From positions 1-25,590 of the forward strand of contig CAYHBD010000022.1 in assembly GCA_964354805.1 (NCBI GenBank): a DNA stretch of 25,590 bases, read 5' to 3'. Every line of letters begins with the position of its first letter. Positions within the stretch are counted from its first letter, which is position 1. This DNA is from an uncultured archaeon. GTDB lineage: Archaea; Iainarchaeota; Iainarchaeia; Iainarchaeales; GCA-2688035. The translations under genes were made by a program, and so were the position numbers. The notes beneath the pieces were generated by a model. The model searched no databases and was not told the DNA's origin. It worked only from the letters and a program-made list of their open reading frames with translations. This document shows, in pieces, positions 17,193 through 25,590 of the stretch.

Positions 17193-17269
17193 AAAAAAAA
17201 TTCAGCAAAGAATCCGTGAATCACTTTTGCTGTGCATAAATAATAGCTATTGGAAGCGGGTTTTTTAAA
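17193..17269 (-). promoter_or_regulatory. cimA promoter and leader (TATA, 11-aa uORF, hairpin, U8)
   Basis: TTTAAA 17269-17264; ATG 17237 MHSKSDSRILC*; CAGCAAA/TTTGCTG stem; T8 at 17200-17193. Confidence 0.4.
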
Positions 17270-17285
17270 TAGTTTTGTTTCTTTC

Positions 17286-19028
17286 CTACAGTCCAAGGCA
17301 TTGCCTTTCCTCTTTTGCTTTCTCCCGCAAGAACTGCAGGTATTCTTCTTCGAGGTTTGTTGCTTTGTGCATTTTTCCTGTTTCAAGGAATTCGGCAACA
17401 TTCTGCAGGAAAAGGTTGCTTCCGATTACGTGCGGCATGCAGACAAAGTCTGCCCCTGCCTCATACAGGCGCAGTGCATCGCTGTAGTAGTGTGCCCTTG
17501 CAAAAGCGGTGATTTTTGGATTGAGTTTTTTCGCTTTTTTGATTAATTTGGCTGACTCCTTTGGCTCTGGAATTGTTGCAATAAGCAGCCTTGCCTGCTC
17601 CAAAGAGACCTTTTCCCAGACCTCCTCATTGTCAGGATTGCCGTAAATCGCATGATTCCCCTTTTCAATCAAATCCATTACCACATGTGGGTTGTGGTCA
17701 ACCACAACAAAAGTTTCCCTGTTCCTGAGCAAATTAACCAAACCACTGCCGAATACGCCGCATCCAACAAGAATGGTGTGCCTTTGCAGCTCGTTTTTTT
17801 CAGGCAGTTTCTCCAGCTTGTGCAGCCTGCTGCTCAAAAAGGCACGCCTTGCACTCGGAAACAAACGCTTGAAAATCCCGCCCAATACATCAAACATCCT
17901 GTTGCTGTTTTCAATCATGTAGGGCGTGGTCATCATCGAAACAGTTATCACAAGCAATGCAGCGCTGTAAATCGGCTGGCTGATCTGCTGCAGCCTGAAG
18001 CCCTGCGAAGCAAGAATAAAGCTGAATTCGCTTGCCTGGCCCAGGGACAGCCCGATCAGGAATGATGTCCTTGCTCCATAGCCGCTGCCCAAGCTGATTA
18101 GGAAATAAATCAAGGGGTTGAGCAGGTAAACAACAGCAAGCATTACGATTAAAACAGCCAGGCTGCTGCCTGCAAACCCTAGGCTGATTTGCATTCCAAG
18201 CGATACGAAAAAGATTGTTGCAAAGAAATCCCTCAGGCCCCTTATCTTGCTCGCTGCCTCAATGTTGTAGGGCAGGCTGCTCAAGCTTATTCCCCCAATG
18301 AATGCCCCTACTGCAATTGAAAACCCGAAAAAGCCTGAGATGGAAATGAATGCAAAGCAGACTGAGACGATTATTAAGTAAAACAATTCAGCTGTGTTTG
18401 AAAAATATGCAAGAATTTTCGGCAGGACAAATTTGTTCAAAACAAAGGCAAGGGCAAAAAGCGAAAAAATGCTTGCAGCAAACATCGCTGCAGCATTCGC
18501 CTGCATTATTGTGCCTGGGTTTGCAAGCAATGGCATGAGCAGAACAGCCAGTGCATCCTGCACTACTGCAAAGCCGATGATCAGCCTGCCGTGCAGTGTG
18601 CTAACCTGGTTTCTTGCTGAAAGAATCTTTACAACAATCACTGTGCTGCTGAATGCAAGAATAAGCCCTAAGTAAACGCTTTCCATGAAAGAAAGGGAAA
18701 GAAAGCGCATTATTGCGAAAACGATTGCTGTTGTTGCAGCAACCTGCAATACCGCTCCTCCAATGACTGTTCCCTTCATTCTCACAAGCTTAGCGAAATC
18801 TGTTTCAATGCCCACAGCAAAAAGCAGGAAGGCAACACCAAGCTCAGAGAAAAGCAGTATGTCTGCGCTGTTTGACACCAATCGCAGGCCCAATGGCCCT
18901 ATAATCAACCCGGCGATAATGTAAGAGAAAAGCGTTGGCTGCCGCAGCACTCTTGCAATGCAACCGACAACAGTGCCTGCTAAAATAATCAAAGCCAAAT
19001 CAACCAAAAGCATTGCTTCAACAGGCAT
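17286..19028 (-). CDS. CPA2 cation:proton antiporter with TrkA-N (RCK) domain (KefB/KefC-like)
   Basis: About 12 TM segments, ELGVAFLLFAVGIE, FSSTVIV, LRDFFATIFFVSLGM, SEFSF, and RCK motif ILVGCGVFG. Confidence 0.93.
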   Translation of the reverse strand: MPVEAMLLVDLALIILAGTVVGCIARVLRQPTLFSYIIAGLIIGPLGLRLVSNSADILLFSELGVAFLLFAVGIETDFAKLVRMKGTVIGGAVLQVAATTAIVFAIMRFLSLSFMESVYLGLILAFSSTVIVVKILSARNQVSTLHGRLIIGFAVVQDALAVLLMPLLANPGTIMQANAAAMFAASIFSLFALAFVLNKFVLPKILAYFSNTAELFYLIIVSVCFAFISISGFFGFSIAVGAFIGGISLSSLPYNIEAASKIRGLRDFFATIFFVSLGMQISLGFAGSSLAVLIVMLAVVYLLNPLIYFLISLGSGYGARTSFLIGLSLGQASEFSFILASQGFRLQQISQPIYSAALLVITVSMMTTPYMIENSNRMFDVLGGIFKRLFPSARRAFLSSRLHKLEKLPEKNELQRHTILVGCGVFGSGLVNLLRNRETFVVVDHNPHVVMDLIEKGNHAIYGNPDNEEVWEKVSLEQARLLIATIPEPKESAKLIKKAKKLNPKITAFARAHYYSDALRLYEAGADFVCMPHVIGSNLFLQNVAEFLETGKMHKATNLEEEYLQFLREKAKEERQCLGL

Positions 19029-19062
19029 TTTAGGTCAATTAATAAAAAAGCGCTCTTTATAT

Positions 19063-19332
19063 TTAAAGCTTTCTGGAAAACCTTTTTCTAATTCTGGCAA
19101 AAATTGCTGGAAGAATTGGTTTCTTTTTCGCTGCTTTTGCGCTAAGAGCTGCTGCTTTCATGGCTTTCATTTGGGCCATGTCGCCAAGTTGGTGGGCAGC
19201 TGCTCCTCCTGTTTTCCATCTCTGCTCCCAAGCTTGCCTTGCAAGCTCTAAATCGGTTGCAGCACTGTGCGCGCTCATCAAAGCCCTTTGCTCTAAACGC
19301 CTTGACTTTCTCCGAAAGAACAATGGTCTCAT
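19063..19332 (-). CDS. Small basic hypothetical protein
   Basis: ATGA overlap with the cysS stop. 89 aa, Ala/Arg/Lys-rich, fills the gap. Confidence 0.55.
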   Translation of the reverse strand: MRPLFFRRKSRRLEQRALMSAHSAATDLELARQAWEQRWKTGGAAAHQLGDMAQMKAMKAAALSAKAAKKKPILPAIFARIRKRFSRKL

Positions 19333-20720
19333 TTCTGCACCTTCCATTTTGTGCCTTTTTCAGTGTCATCCAGCAGGATTCCTTTTTCCGCGAGTTTTTT
19401 CCTTATTTCATCAGCTTCGGCAAAATGCTTTTCATTGCGCAGCCTTTCCCTTTCCTTTATCAAATGCAAATCCTCTTTGCTTATTTCCGCTTTCTGCTCG
19501 AAGTCCATTACAGCAAAAATGCTGTCAACTTTTTGCAGAAACTGCAATGCGGCAATTGCATCCTTTTTTCCTATTGCGCCTTTATCAAGCAGTGAATTGC
19601 ACTGCCTTACAAATTCAAACAAGGCGGCGAAAGCAAGGGGCGTGTTCAGGTCATCGTCCATTGCTGATTCAAATTTCTTTTTTGCAGCAGCAACCGGCTT
19701 TTTTATTTTGCCTCTGTCCTTGCCTTTTGCTTCCTTTAGCTTTGCAATCAATTCATTCAGCCTTTCAATGCTGTTCTGGGCTGCCCTCAGCGCCTCAAAA
19801 GTGAAATTGAGGGGCTGCCTGTAGTGGCCGTTTATCATCAGGAACCTGATATCGATTGGGTTATAGTCCTTCAAATCGCGCAGAGTGTAAAAGTTTCCCA
19901 GGCTCTTGCTCATTTTTTCGCCGTTCACCATCAGGAAAGCGTTGTGAACCCAATAGCGGACAAATTTTTTCCCGGTTGCTGCCTCGCTTTGCGCAATCTC
20001 GTTCTCATGGTGCGGGAAAATCAGGTCAATGCCTCCACTATGGATGTCAAATGTTTTGCCAAGGTACTTTGTGCTCATTGCGCTGCACTCAATGTGCCAG
20101 CCAGGCCTGCCTTTCCCTATTTCCGTTTGCCAGAAAACGTTTCCATCCTCGCTGCTCCAGGCTTTCCACAAAGCAAAATCCTGCGCTTCCCCCTTTTCGT
20201 ATTCATCCTGCTTTACCCTGGCGCCTACTTTCAGTTTCCTGAAATCAATGCCAGCAAGCTGCCCGTATTTTTTGAATTTCTTTATGCTGTAGTAAATGCT
20301 TCCATCCTCACCTTTGTATGCAAATCCCTTCCGCAGCAGCTTTTTAATCAGGGCAACCATTTCCTTAATGTGCCCTGTTGCTTTTGGATAAATGTCCGCG
20401 GGCAGAATCCCTACTCTTTCAATGTCCTCAAAAAAAGCTTTGGTATACCTGTCAGTGAATTGCTGCAGGGAAATTCCTTCCCTTGCACTACCCCTTATTG
20501 TTTTGTCGTCAACATCGGTAATGTTTCGAACATGCAGCACCTTGAAGCCATTGTACATAAGATAGCGTTTCAGAACATCTTCCGCGAGAAAGCTCTTCAA
20601 ATTTCCTATGTGGATGAAATCGTAAACAGTCGGCCCGCAGGTGTAAATTCCGACTTTTTTTCCGTGCAGCGGCTTGAATGCCTCTTTATTCCTGCTCAGG
20701 GTATTATACAAGCGCAGCAT
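19329..20720 (-). CDS. cysS: Cysteine--tRNA ligase
   Basis: CGPTVYD..HIGN, NITDVDDK, GRPGWHIECSAM, FPHHENE, KMSKS. Confidence 0.98.
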   Translation of the reverse strand: MLRLYNTLSRNKEAFKPLHGKKVGIYTCGPTVYDFIHIGNLKSFLAEDVLKRYLMYNGFKVLHVRNITDVDDKTIRGSAREGISLQQFTDRYTKAFFEDIERVGILPADIYPKATGHIKEMVALIKKLLRKGFAYKGEDGSIYYSIKKFKKYGQLAGIDFRKLKVGARVKQDEYEKGEAQDFALWKAWSSEDGNVFWQTEIGKGRPGWHIECSAMSTKYLGKTFDIHSGGIDLIFPHHENEIAQSEAATGKKFVRYWVHNAFLMVNGEKMSKSLGNFYTLRDLKDYNPIDIRFLMINGHYRQPLNFTFEALRAAQNSIERLNELIAKLKEAKGKDRGKIKKPVAAAKKKFESAMDDDLNTPLAFAALFEFVRQCNSLLDKGAIGKKDAIAALQFLQKVDSIFAVMDFEQKAEISKEDLHLIKERERLRNEKHFAEADEIRKKLAEKGILLDDTEKGTKWKVQK

Positions 20721-20783
20721 TCCAAATCACTAAAATTTAATGGATTAAGCAATATAAAAGAATTAGCTTGGTGGCAATAGTGC

Positions 20784-21398
20784 TTATTCGGCTTTTACTC
20801 CAAATTTTGCCAGCTCTTTTTTGAGCTGGGGCAGATTTTTGAATTGTATTGCGTTCATTCCAAGGGCTCTTGCAGCTAGCACATATTTTTGCAAATCGTC
20901 AATGTAAACGCAGTTTTCCGGCTTTTCCCCCAAACCTTTTAATGCTGTCAAAAAGATTTTTTTATCCGGCTTCCTGCTATGCACTTTAAAAGAGGTTGCA
21001 GCTGCGTCAATGAATGGCAGTAATTTGTATCTGTTAATCATATCAGGATAGCCTATTGCATCGCATGTAGAAACTATTCCAATCTTATAACCTGATTTGT
21101 GCAATTTTTTGAGATACCTTGCTACAGCTGGCTGGGATGCAAGAATCTTTACCCATTCTTTCTTAAATTTAGAAAAAGAGATTTTTTCTTTCATAAATGG
21201 GGTGAGCCCTTTGAAGAACTGTTTTGGCTCAACTCTGCCCAATTCGAATAGTTTCAACAAACGGATTGCCTTTTTATTATTCCATTGAAGCTTACCGGGA
21301 TCGGCAACCAATGTATTAATCTCCCTTACAAAGACAGCATTCCTGTGCTTGACAAGCACTCCGCCCAAATCAAAAATGACCGCCTTGATTTCACTCAT
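20784..21398 (-). CDS. HAD-IA family phosphatase (YihX-like)
   Basis: IFDLGGVL, KPD..IF, YIDD. Confidence 0.9.
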   Translation of the reverse strand: MSEIKAVIFDLGGVLVKHRNAVFVREINTLVADPGKLQWNNKKAIRLLKLFELGRVEPKQFFKGLTPFMKEKISFSKFKKEWVKILASQPAVARYLKKLHKSGYKIGIVSTCDAIGYPDMINRYKLLPFIDAAATSFKVHSRKPDKKIFLTALKGLGEKPENCVYIDDLQKYVLAARALGMNAIQFKNLPQLKKELAKFGVKAE

Positions 21399-22096
21399 TT
21401 AAATCGTCTCCTTCTTGCAAACCTGTTTTGTTTTTTGCAGGGTCTTCTGCCAGTTCTTGCAATATTTTTGCCCTTAGTTGTTGGAATCCTAACACCAAAT
21501 CCAAGAAGGTTTCTTCGCAGCTGCTGCAGGTTTTTGAATTGCACTGCATTTAATCCAAGTAATTTCCCCATTTTCACATAGCGCTGTAAATCATCAATGA
21601 AAATGCAATTACTTGGCTTTTCTTTTAGGTTGCGCAGCAGCGCTGAGAACAAATCCTTTTCATATTTCCTTTTATGAACCTCAAAGGAAGTGGCTGCTGC
21701 ATCAATGAAAGGCAGCAAATTATAGCGCTTCATTATGGCTGGATAGGTTACTGCATCACAATCTGAAATAACGCCAATCTTATAACCAGCTTTGCGCAAT
21801 TGCTTTACAAATTGTATAACAGAAGGTCTCCAAGTGAAAATCCTGTTGCCCCAAAATGTTTCAAATTCGCTGAAAGAGATTTTGTGGCGCATGAATGGCA
21901 GAATTCCACTATAAAACTGCTGTGGCGAAATTAACCCCCTCGCAAATTTATTGTACAGGGCAGGCACTGTTTTGTTGTTCCAATCAAGTTGCCCTGGTTT
22001 CGGAACAAATTTTCCTTTCACTAGAACATTTGGCCTGAATCCGACAAGTACACCGCCCAAATCGAAAATAACCGCTTTTATTTCAGCCCCTGCCAT
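21395..22096 (-). CDS. HAD-IA family phosphatase, tandem paralog with basic tail
   Basis: IFDLGGVL, FIDD. Shares GYKIG..S.CDA..YP..LLPFIDAAATSF.VH with the downstream HAD. Confidence 0.9.
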   Translation of the reverse strand: MAGAEIKAVIFDLGGVLVGFRPNVLVKGKFVPKPGQLDWNNKTVPALYNKFARGLISPQQFYSGILPFMRHKISFSEFETFWGNRIFTWRPSVIQFVKQLRKAGYKIGVISDCDAVTYPAIMKRYNLLPFIDAAATSFEVHKRKYEKDLFSALLRNLKEKPSNCIFIDDLQRYVKMGKLLGLNAVQFKNLQQLRRNLLGFGVRIPTTKGKNIARTGRRPCKKQNRFARRRRFK

Positions 22097-22102
22097 GATA
22101 AT

Positions 22103-22231
22103 TCACCTTTTTGCGCTTGCATGGCAGTGCGGGCATTTCACTTTGTAGCCGGAAATTTTGCTTCTCCACACATGGCCGCATATTCTGCATTGCCTTATTC
22201 TTTTGTACTGGTTTGAATTTTCTTTCGCCAT
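22103..22231 (-). CDS. 42-aa zinc-ribbon microprotein (not in ORF track)
   Basis: MAKENSNQYKRIRQCRICGHVWRSKISGYKVKCPHCHASAKR*. CxxC-x14-CPxC; fills the purB-HAD gap; its stop lies inside the GGTGA RBS of the next gene. Confidence 0.8.
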   Translation of the reverse strand: MAKENSNQYKRIRQCRICGHVWRSKISGYKVKCPHCHASAKR

Positions 22232-22246
22232 GCTCTTGCCAAAAAT

Positions 22247-23614
22247 TCAGATTTTCAATTCTCGTTTCCAGAAAGCGCAAACCTGCTCTGTTTTTTCAAC
22301 AGCTTTTCCGGTGTATTTCTCTGGGTTTGAGAGAATTTCCCTTTGCTTTGCTGAAAGCTTGCTCATGTACTTTTTCAATTCATCTTTCCCGTCTGCAAGC
22401 TCAAGCAGCGGCTTCCCGCTTGAATCTGCTTCAAGCGTAAGCTTCCTTATTGCCTCGTGCGCATCTGGGTGCCCATTCATTGCAAGCAATATGTAAAGAG
22501 GCTCTGCAACAATGCCCTTTTTGCTTTGCTCAAAGTTGCGCTGCATGCTTTCCTTGTCAACAACCAATTTTTTGCACACTTTTGTTAGCCTTTCAGATGA
22601 TGCAACCAAGCCGGCAAAAACCTCCGGCAGGAAGCGCGCTGAAGCGCTGTTTGTCAAATCCCTTTGGTGCTCGCTAATGCTGTCCAGGTAAACTGTCATC
22701 ATTCTCGGCATGAACTGCTTCCAGAGGCTTTTCACGTTCTCGAAATTTATGGGGTTTCTCTTGTGCGGCATTGTGCTGCTTCCAACCTGCTTTGCCTCAA
22801 ATGCCTCAGCCACTTCGCCAATCTCTGTTCTCTGCAGGTTTCGCATGTCATCAGCAAAGTTTGCCAGAACACAGAACGCTCCTGAAAGCGCGTGCATCAG
22901 GTCCTGCAGTGATTCAGGCTCAACAATCTGGGTGCTGTGCATGGATTGCTTTAAGCCAAGCGATTGCATTATTTCTTTCTCCAGTTCAATTGGCTGCGCC
23001 AAAAAAAGGCTGCTTGCATTGTATGCCCCTACCGCGCCTGAGAATTTTCCCTCCAGATTGTTCTTCGCATTCTCAATTGCCTTGATTCTGTTTCCAAGCC
23101 TGTTCACAAACTCTGCAATTGCAAACCCGAATGTAATTGGCTCGGCATGCTGCCCGTGCGTTCTGCCAATCTGCAGCGTTTGCTTTTCCCTCAATGCAAT
23201 TTCAATAAATGCCTTTTCCAGTTCAATCAGCGCCGGCAAGACAAGCTGTTCTGTTGCCTCCTTGTAGCGCAATGCTGAAGCAGTGTCAACAATATCATAG
23301 CTGGTTGCGCCAAAGTGCACAAACGGCTTTGCATCTTCGCTTACCTTTGCCCTGATGCAGTTTGCAAGAGCCCTTACATCGTGCTTTATTTTTTCCTCTT
23401 CAGCATAAACCTCTGCTGCTTTAACCTGCCCTGCTGCTGCAGCAATCTCTGCAGCAATTTTTTTGCTGCAGATCCGTTTTTTTGCAAGCGCTGCAGCCAA
23501 TGCCGCTTCAACCCTTGCCTGGTATTTTATCCTTGCTTCCTCGCTTAAGAAGCCGGAGAATTTCTCATTGCCATAGCGGTAGTCAAGCGGTGAAATGCAT
23601 TCGAATTTGTCCAT
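22247..23614 (-). CDS. purB: Adenylosuccinate lyase
   Basis: ISPLDYRY, HFGATSYDI, GRTHGQHA, GSSTMPHKRNP, HQRDLTNS. Confidence 0.97.
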   Translation of the reverse strand: MDKFECISPLDYRYGNEKFSGFLSEEARIKYQARVEAALAAALAKKRICSKKIAAEIAAAAGQVKAAEVYAEEEKIKHDVRALANCIRAKVSEDAKPFVHFGATSYDIVDTASALRYKEATEQLVLPALIELEKAFIEIALREKQTLQIGRTHGQHAEPITFGFAIAEFVNRLGNRIKAIENAKNNLEGKFSGAVGAYNASSLFLAQPIELEKEIMQSLGLKQSMHSTQIVEPESLQDLMHALSGAFCVLANFADDMRNLQRTEIGEVAEAFEAKQVGSSTMPHKRNPINFENVKSLWKQFMPRMMTVYLDSISEHQRDLTNSASARFLPEVFAGLVASSERLTKVCKKLVVDKESMQRNFEQSKKGIVAEPLYILLAMNGHPDAHEAIRKLTLEADSSGKPLLELADGKDELKKYMSKLSAKQREILSNPEKYTGKAVEKTEQVCAFWKRELKI

Positions 23615-23690
23615 TACATATCACTCCTTCTGTTTCTAAAATTTCCCCTTTTTTTCAGATTCAATCCATCTTTTGCAATGCTTTTCATTT

Positions 23691-24656
23691 CTAAAATTTT
23701 CCCTTTTCAATGAGGTGTTTGTATTGCCCTACAACCTCTTCAATTGATGGCGCGCTCCAGATTTCTTTTCCAGTCCATGCCTCTGTAGCGCTCTTGTACA
23801 TGTTGCAAACCAATTCAAGCAATTCCTTTGGCAGCCTCGGCGGAACAGTGTAATTGCCTTTGCCCTTTCCTTCAGCTTTCTCTTTTTCTATAACAGCATA
23901 CCACGGTGTTTTCTTGTAATAATCGCGCAGAACCTGCTTGCTCAAATGCACCCCCCCATATAGGAAGCGGTCTTCATCAAGTGTTCCGCAGACATCAATT
24001 AATATCAAGCGCCTTTTTGGGTCAACAGCGAATTCCACCTTTCCGTCAGCGTGCTCCAATCCAATCTTTTTTGCCCTCTTGTTCAAAAAATCATTCACCT
24101 TAAGCGCTGTTTTTTTCAGCTTTTCAATTTCTTCCTGCGAAAGGCAGCTGATTTTAGCTGCCTCTTCCCAGCTCAGGTAGCGGTCTGTTTCCTCAAGCTT
24201 TGTGCTGACATCCATCAACGGCTTTTCGAGCTGCTCCCCAGGCTTTGGCATTCTGCTCAGGCCAAGCTGTTCCGGCGTTGTCTGCCCTGACTGCAGCCTT
24301 TTGAATACACTGCTCCCTTCCGGCAATGAATTCCTGTAGATCACTTCCAATGGAATAAGGTAATTGTCCATTCCCTCTTTCAGCTCGCCTTTTTGCGGAT
24401 AAAGAACCCTTACCAAATCTACCTCCATTTCGTTTCCTTTCGCCAGCTTTCTGAAATGCGATTTTATTCCAAGCTTTTGCAGCTGCTCAAAGTTGTATGC
24501 GGCCATCCTGCACAATGCCTCGCCTTTTGCCTCAATGACATCAGGCATTTTCCCGTAATCGAAAACGCTGTAGTCATCTGTGAAGTGGAAAACGCCAATG
24601 CCTGTTTCATTGGCTGTAGCTGGCTTTTTAACGAACAAATCCTTTACGCTTCCCAT
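23691..24656 (-). CDS. purC: SAICAR synthase
   Basis: MGSVKD, FTDDYSVFD, IPLEVIYRN, STKLE, DGKVEF, GTLDEDRF, LSKQVLR. Confidence 0.96.
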   Translation of the reverse strand: MGSVKDLFVKKPATANETGIGVFHFTDDYSVFDYGKMPDVIEAKGEALCRMAAYNFEQLQKLGIKSHFRKLAKGNEMEVDLVRVLYPQKGELKEGMDNYLIPLEVIYRNSLPEGSSVFKRLQSGQTTPEQLGLSRMPKPGEQLEKPLMDVSTKLEETDRYLSWEEAAKISCLSQEEIEKLKKTALKVNDFLNKRAKKIGLEHADGKVEFAVDPKRRLILIDVCGTLDEDRFLYGGVHLSKQVLRDYYKKTPWYAVIEKEKAEGKGKGNYTVPPRLPKELLELVCNMYKSATEAWTGKEIWSAPSIEEVVGQYKHLIEKGKF

Positions 24657-24726
24657 TTCAAAACCGCCTGTTCATATTTTTTTGCTATCAAATCCTTTAC
24701 GCTCCCCATTATTGCCTCATCTCCTT

Positions 24727-25551
24727 CTAGCAGCCCTTTTTTGCCGCTTCTTTATCCGCTTCTGCAACTTTGTCAGCCAGCTCTTTTCTTATTGCAAGAA
24801 TCTTTTCCCCGAATTTTCCGCTGTGGATGTCAAGCAGCTGCGCTGCTGCAAGCAGCCCATTGTCAACCCTGTTCAACCCAATCCACAGGCCCTGCCTGCT
24901 TTTTTCAAACAACTCAAGCGCTTCCGGAGTGCTGCTTTCTTTCAAAATTGGAACGTTTAAAACAATTGCCTGCTTCAAACCCAAAGGCGAATAGCCTGCC
25001 AATTCAACAACGTTTACCAGAATTTCCTCTTTTTGGTTGAAGGTTGATTCATCAATTGATTCAATGAATTCAAAGCTCAAGCCAAGCTGGTTTGCAATCG
25101 GCTTGATTTTCTCAACCTGCTGGCGTATTTCATCATTGTACTTGTTTCCGGTGACTTTTACAATGCTGTGCTCCCTAAGTGCAAGCTGGACTGCTGTTGC
25201 CGCTTCCTCCCCTCTATTAACGCCTGTTGCAATTACCGGAAAGCCGTAAGGCATCTGCACTGTGCTCAGCAATGAATCCAGGCCAGCGAAAGTGCTGTTG
25301 ACCGGAACACCAATAACAGGCTTTGTTGTTTTGCTGGCAATAACTCCAGGCAGGGCAGCTGACAGGCCTGCCCCTGCAACAATTATTTTTGCGTCGCTTT
25401 CAGCAACGATTTTTTCAAGCATGGCTGGAGTCCTGTGCGCGCTGCATATTCGCAGCTGCGCCCTGATTCCGTTTGCCTTTAATTCAGCCATTACCCTGCT
25501 GTAAACAGGCTCATCGTTCTTGCTTCCGAAAACAACCAAAGCGTCGCTCAA
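24727..25551 (-). CDS. purE: AIR carboxylase / N5-CAIR mutase with degenerate second PurE-like domain
   Basis: FGSKND, SAHRTP, AGLSAALPG, PVIGVP, LDSLLSTVQMP.G.PV. About 274 aa. TTG start. Confidence 0.92.
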   Translation of the reverse strand: MSDALVVFGSKNDEPVYSRVMAELKANGIRAQLRICSAHRTPAMLEKIVAESDAKIIVAGAGLSAALPGVIASKTTKPVIGVPVNSTFAGLDSLLSTVQMPYGFPVIATGVNRGEEAATAVQLALREHSIVKVTGNKYNDEIRQQVEKIKPIANQLGLSFEFIESIDESTFNQKEEILVNVVELAGYSPLGLKQAIVLNVPILKESSTPEALELFEKSRQGLWIGLNRVDNGLLAAAQLLDIHSGKFGEKILAIRKELADKVAEADKEAAKKGC

Positions 25552-25590
25552 CCAGAAAACCCTTTAAATTGCAAGAATAAAGGCAATTTA

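Noticed and set aside
22083-22280. 65-aa ORF between purB and the HAD gene
   Set aside because: Overlaps both neighbours. The alternative frame 22231-22103 encodes a clear zinc ribbon.

Overview
AT-rich, very probably archaeal window. Evidence: BRE/TATA promoters about 25 nt upstream of leaderless starts, GGAGG/GGTGA ribosome-binding sites, a PIN-type toxin-antitoxin pair and an archaeal-type PurC. A DPANN/Diapherotrites-like origin is only an inference. Positions 1-7.6 kb are accessory: a divergent GMP-synthase-like fragment, a methyltransferase, a DEDD exonuclease, VapBC, coiled-coil paralogs including a histone-H1-like/acidic/PsbP-like protein, and a repeat-HTH protein. Positions 7.6-25.6 kb are biosynthetic or housekeeping: purF, guaA, carB, carA, cimA, a CPA2 antiporter, cysS, two HADs, purB, purC and purE. 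Main discovery: carB is split inside its conserved GEAGE|FDYSG motif by a 34-nt frameshifting insert (14237-14270). The insert folds into a canonical bulge-helix-bulge (BHB) whose predicted cut sites restore the full 1075-aa CarB exactly, so it looks like a tRNA-type intron in a protein-coding mRNA. Also found: attenuator-like leaders before carA and cimA, an unannotated 42-aa zinc-ribbon gene, and echo duplications of gene starts and ends around purC.
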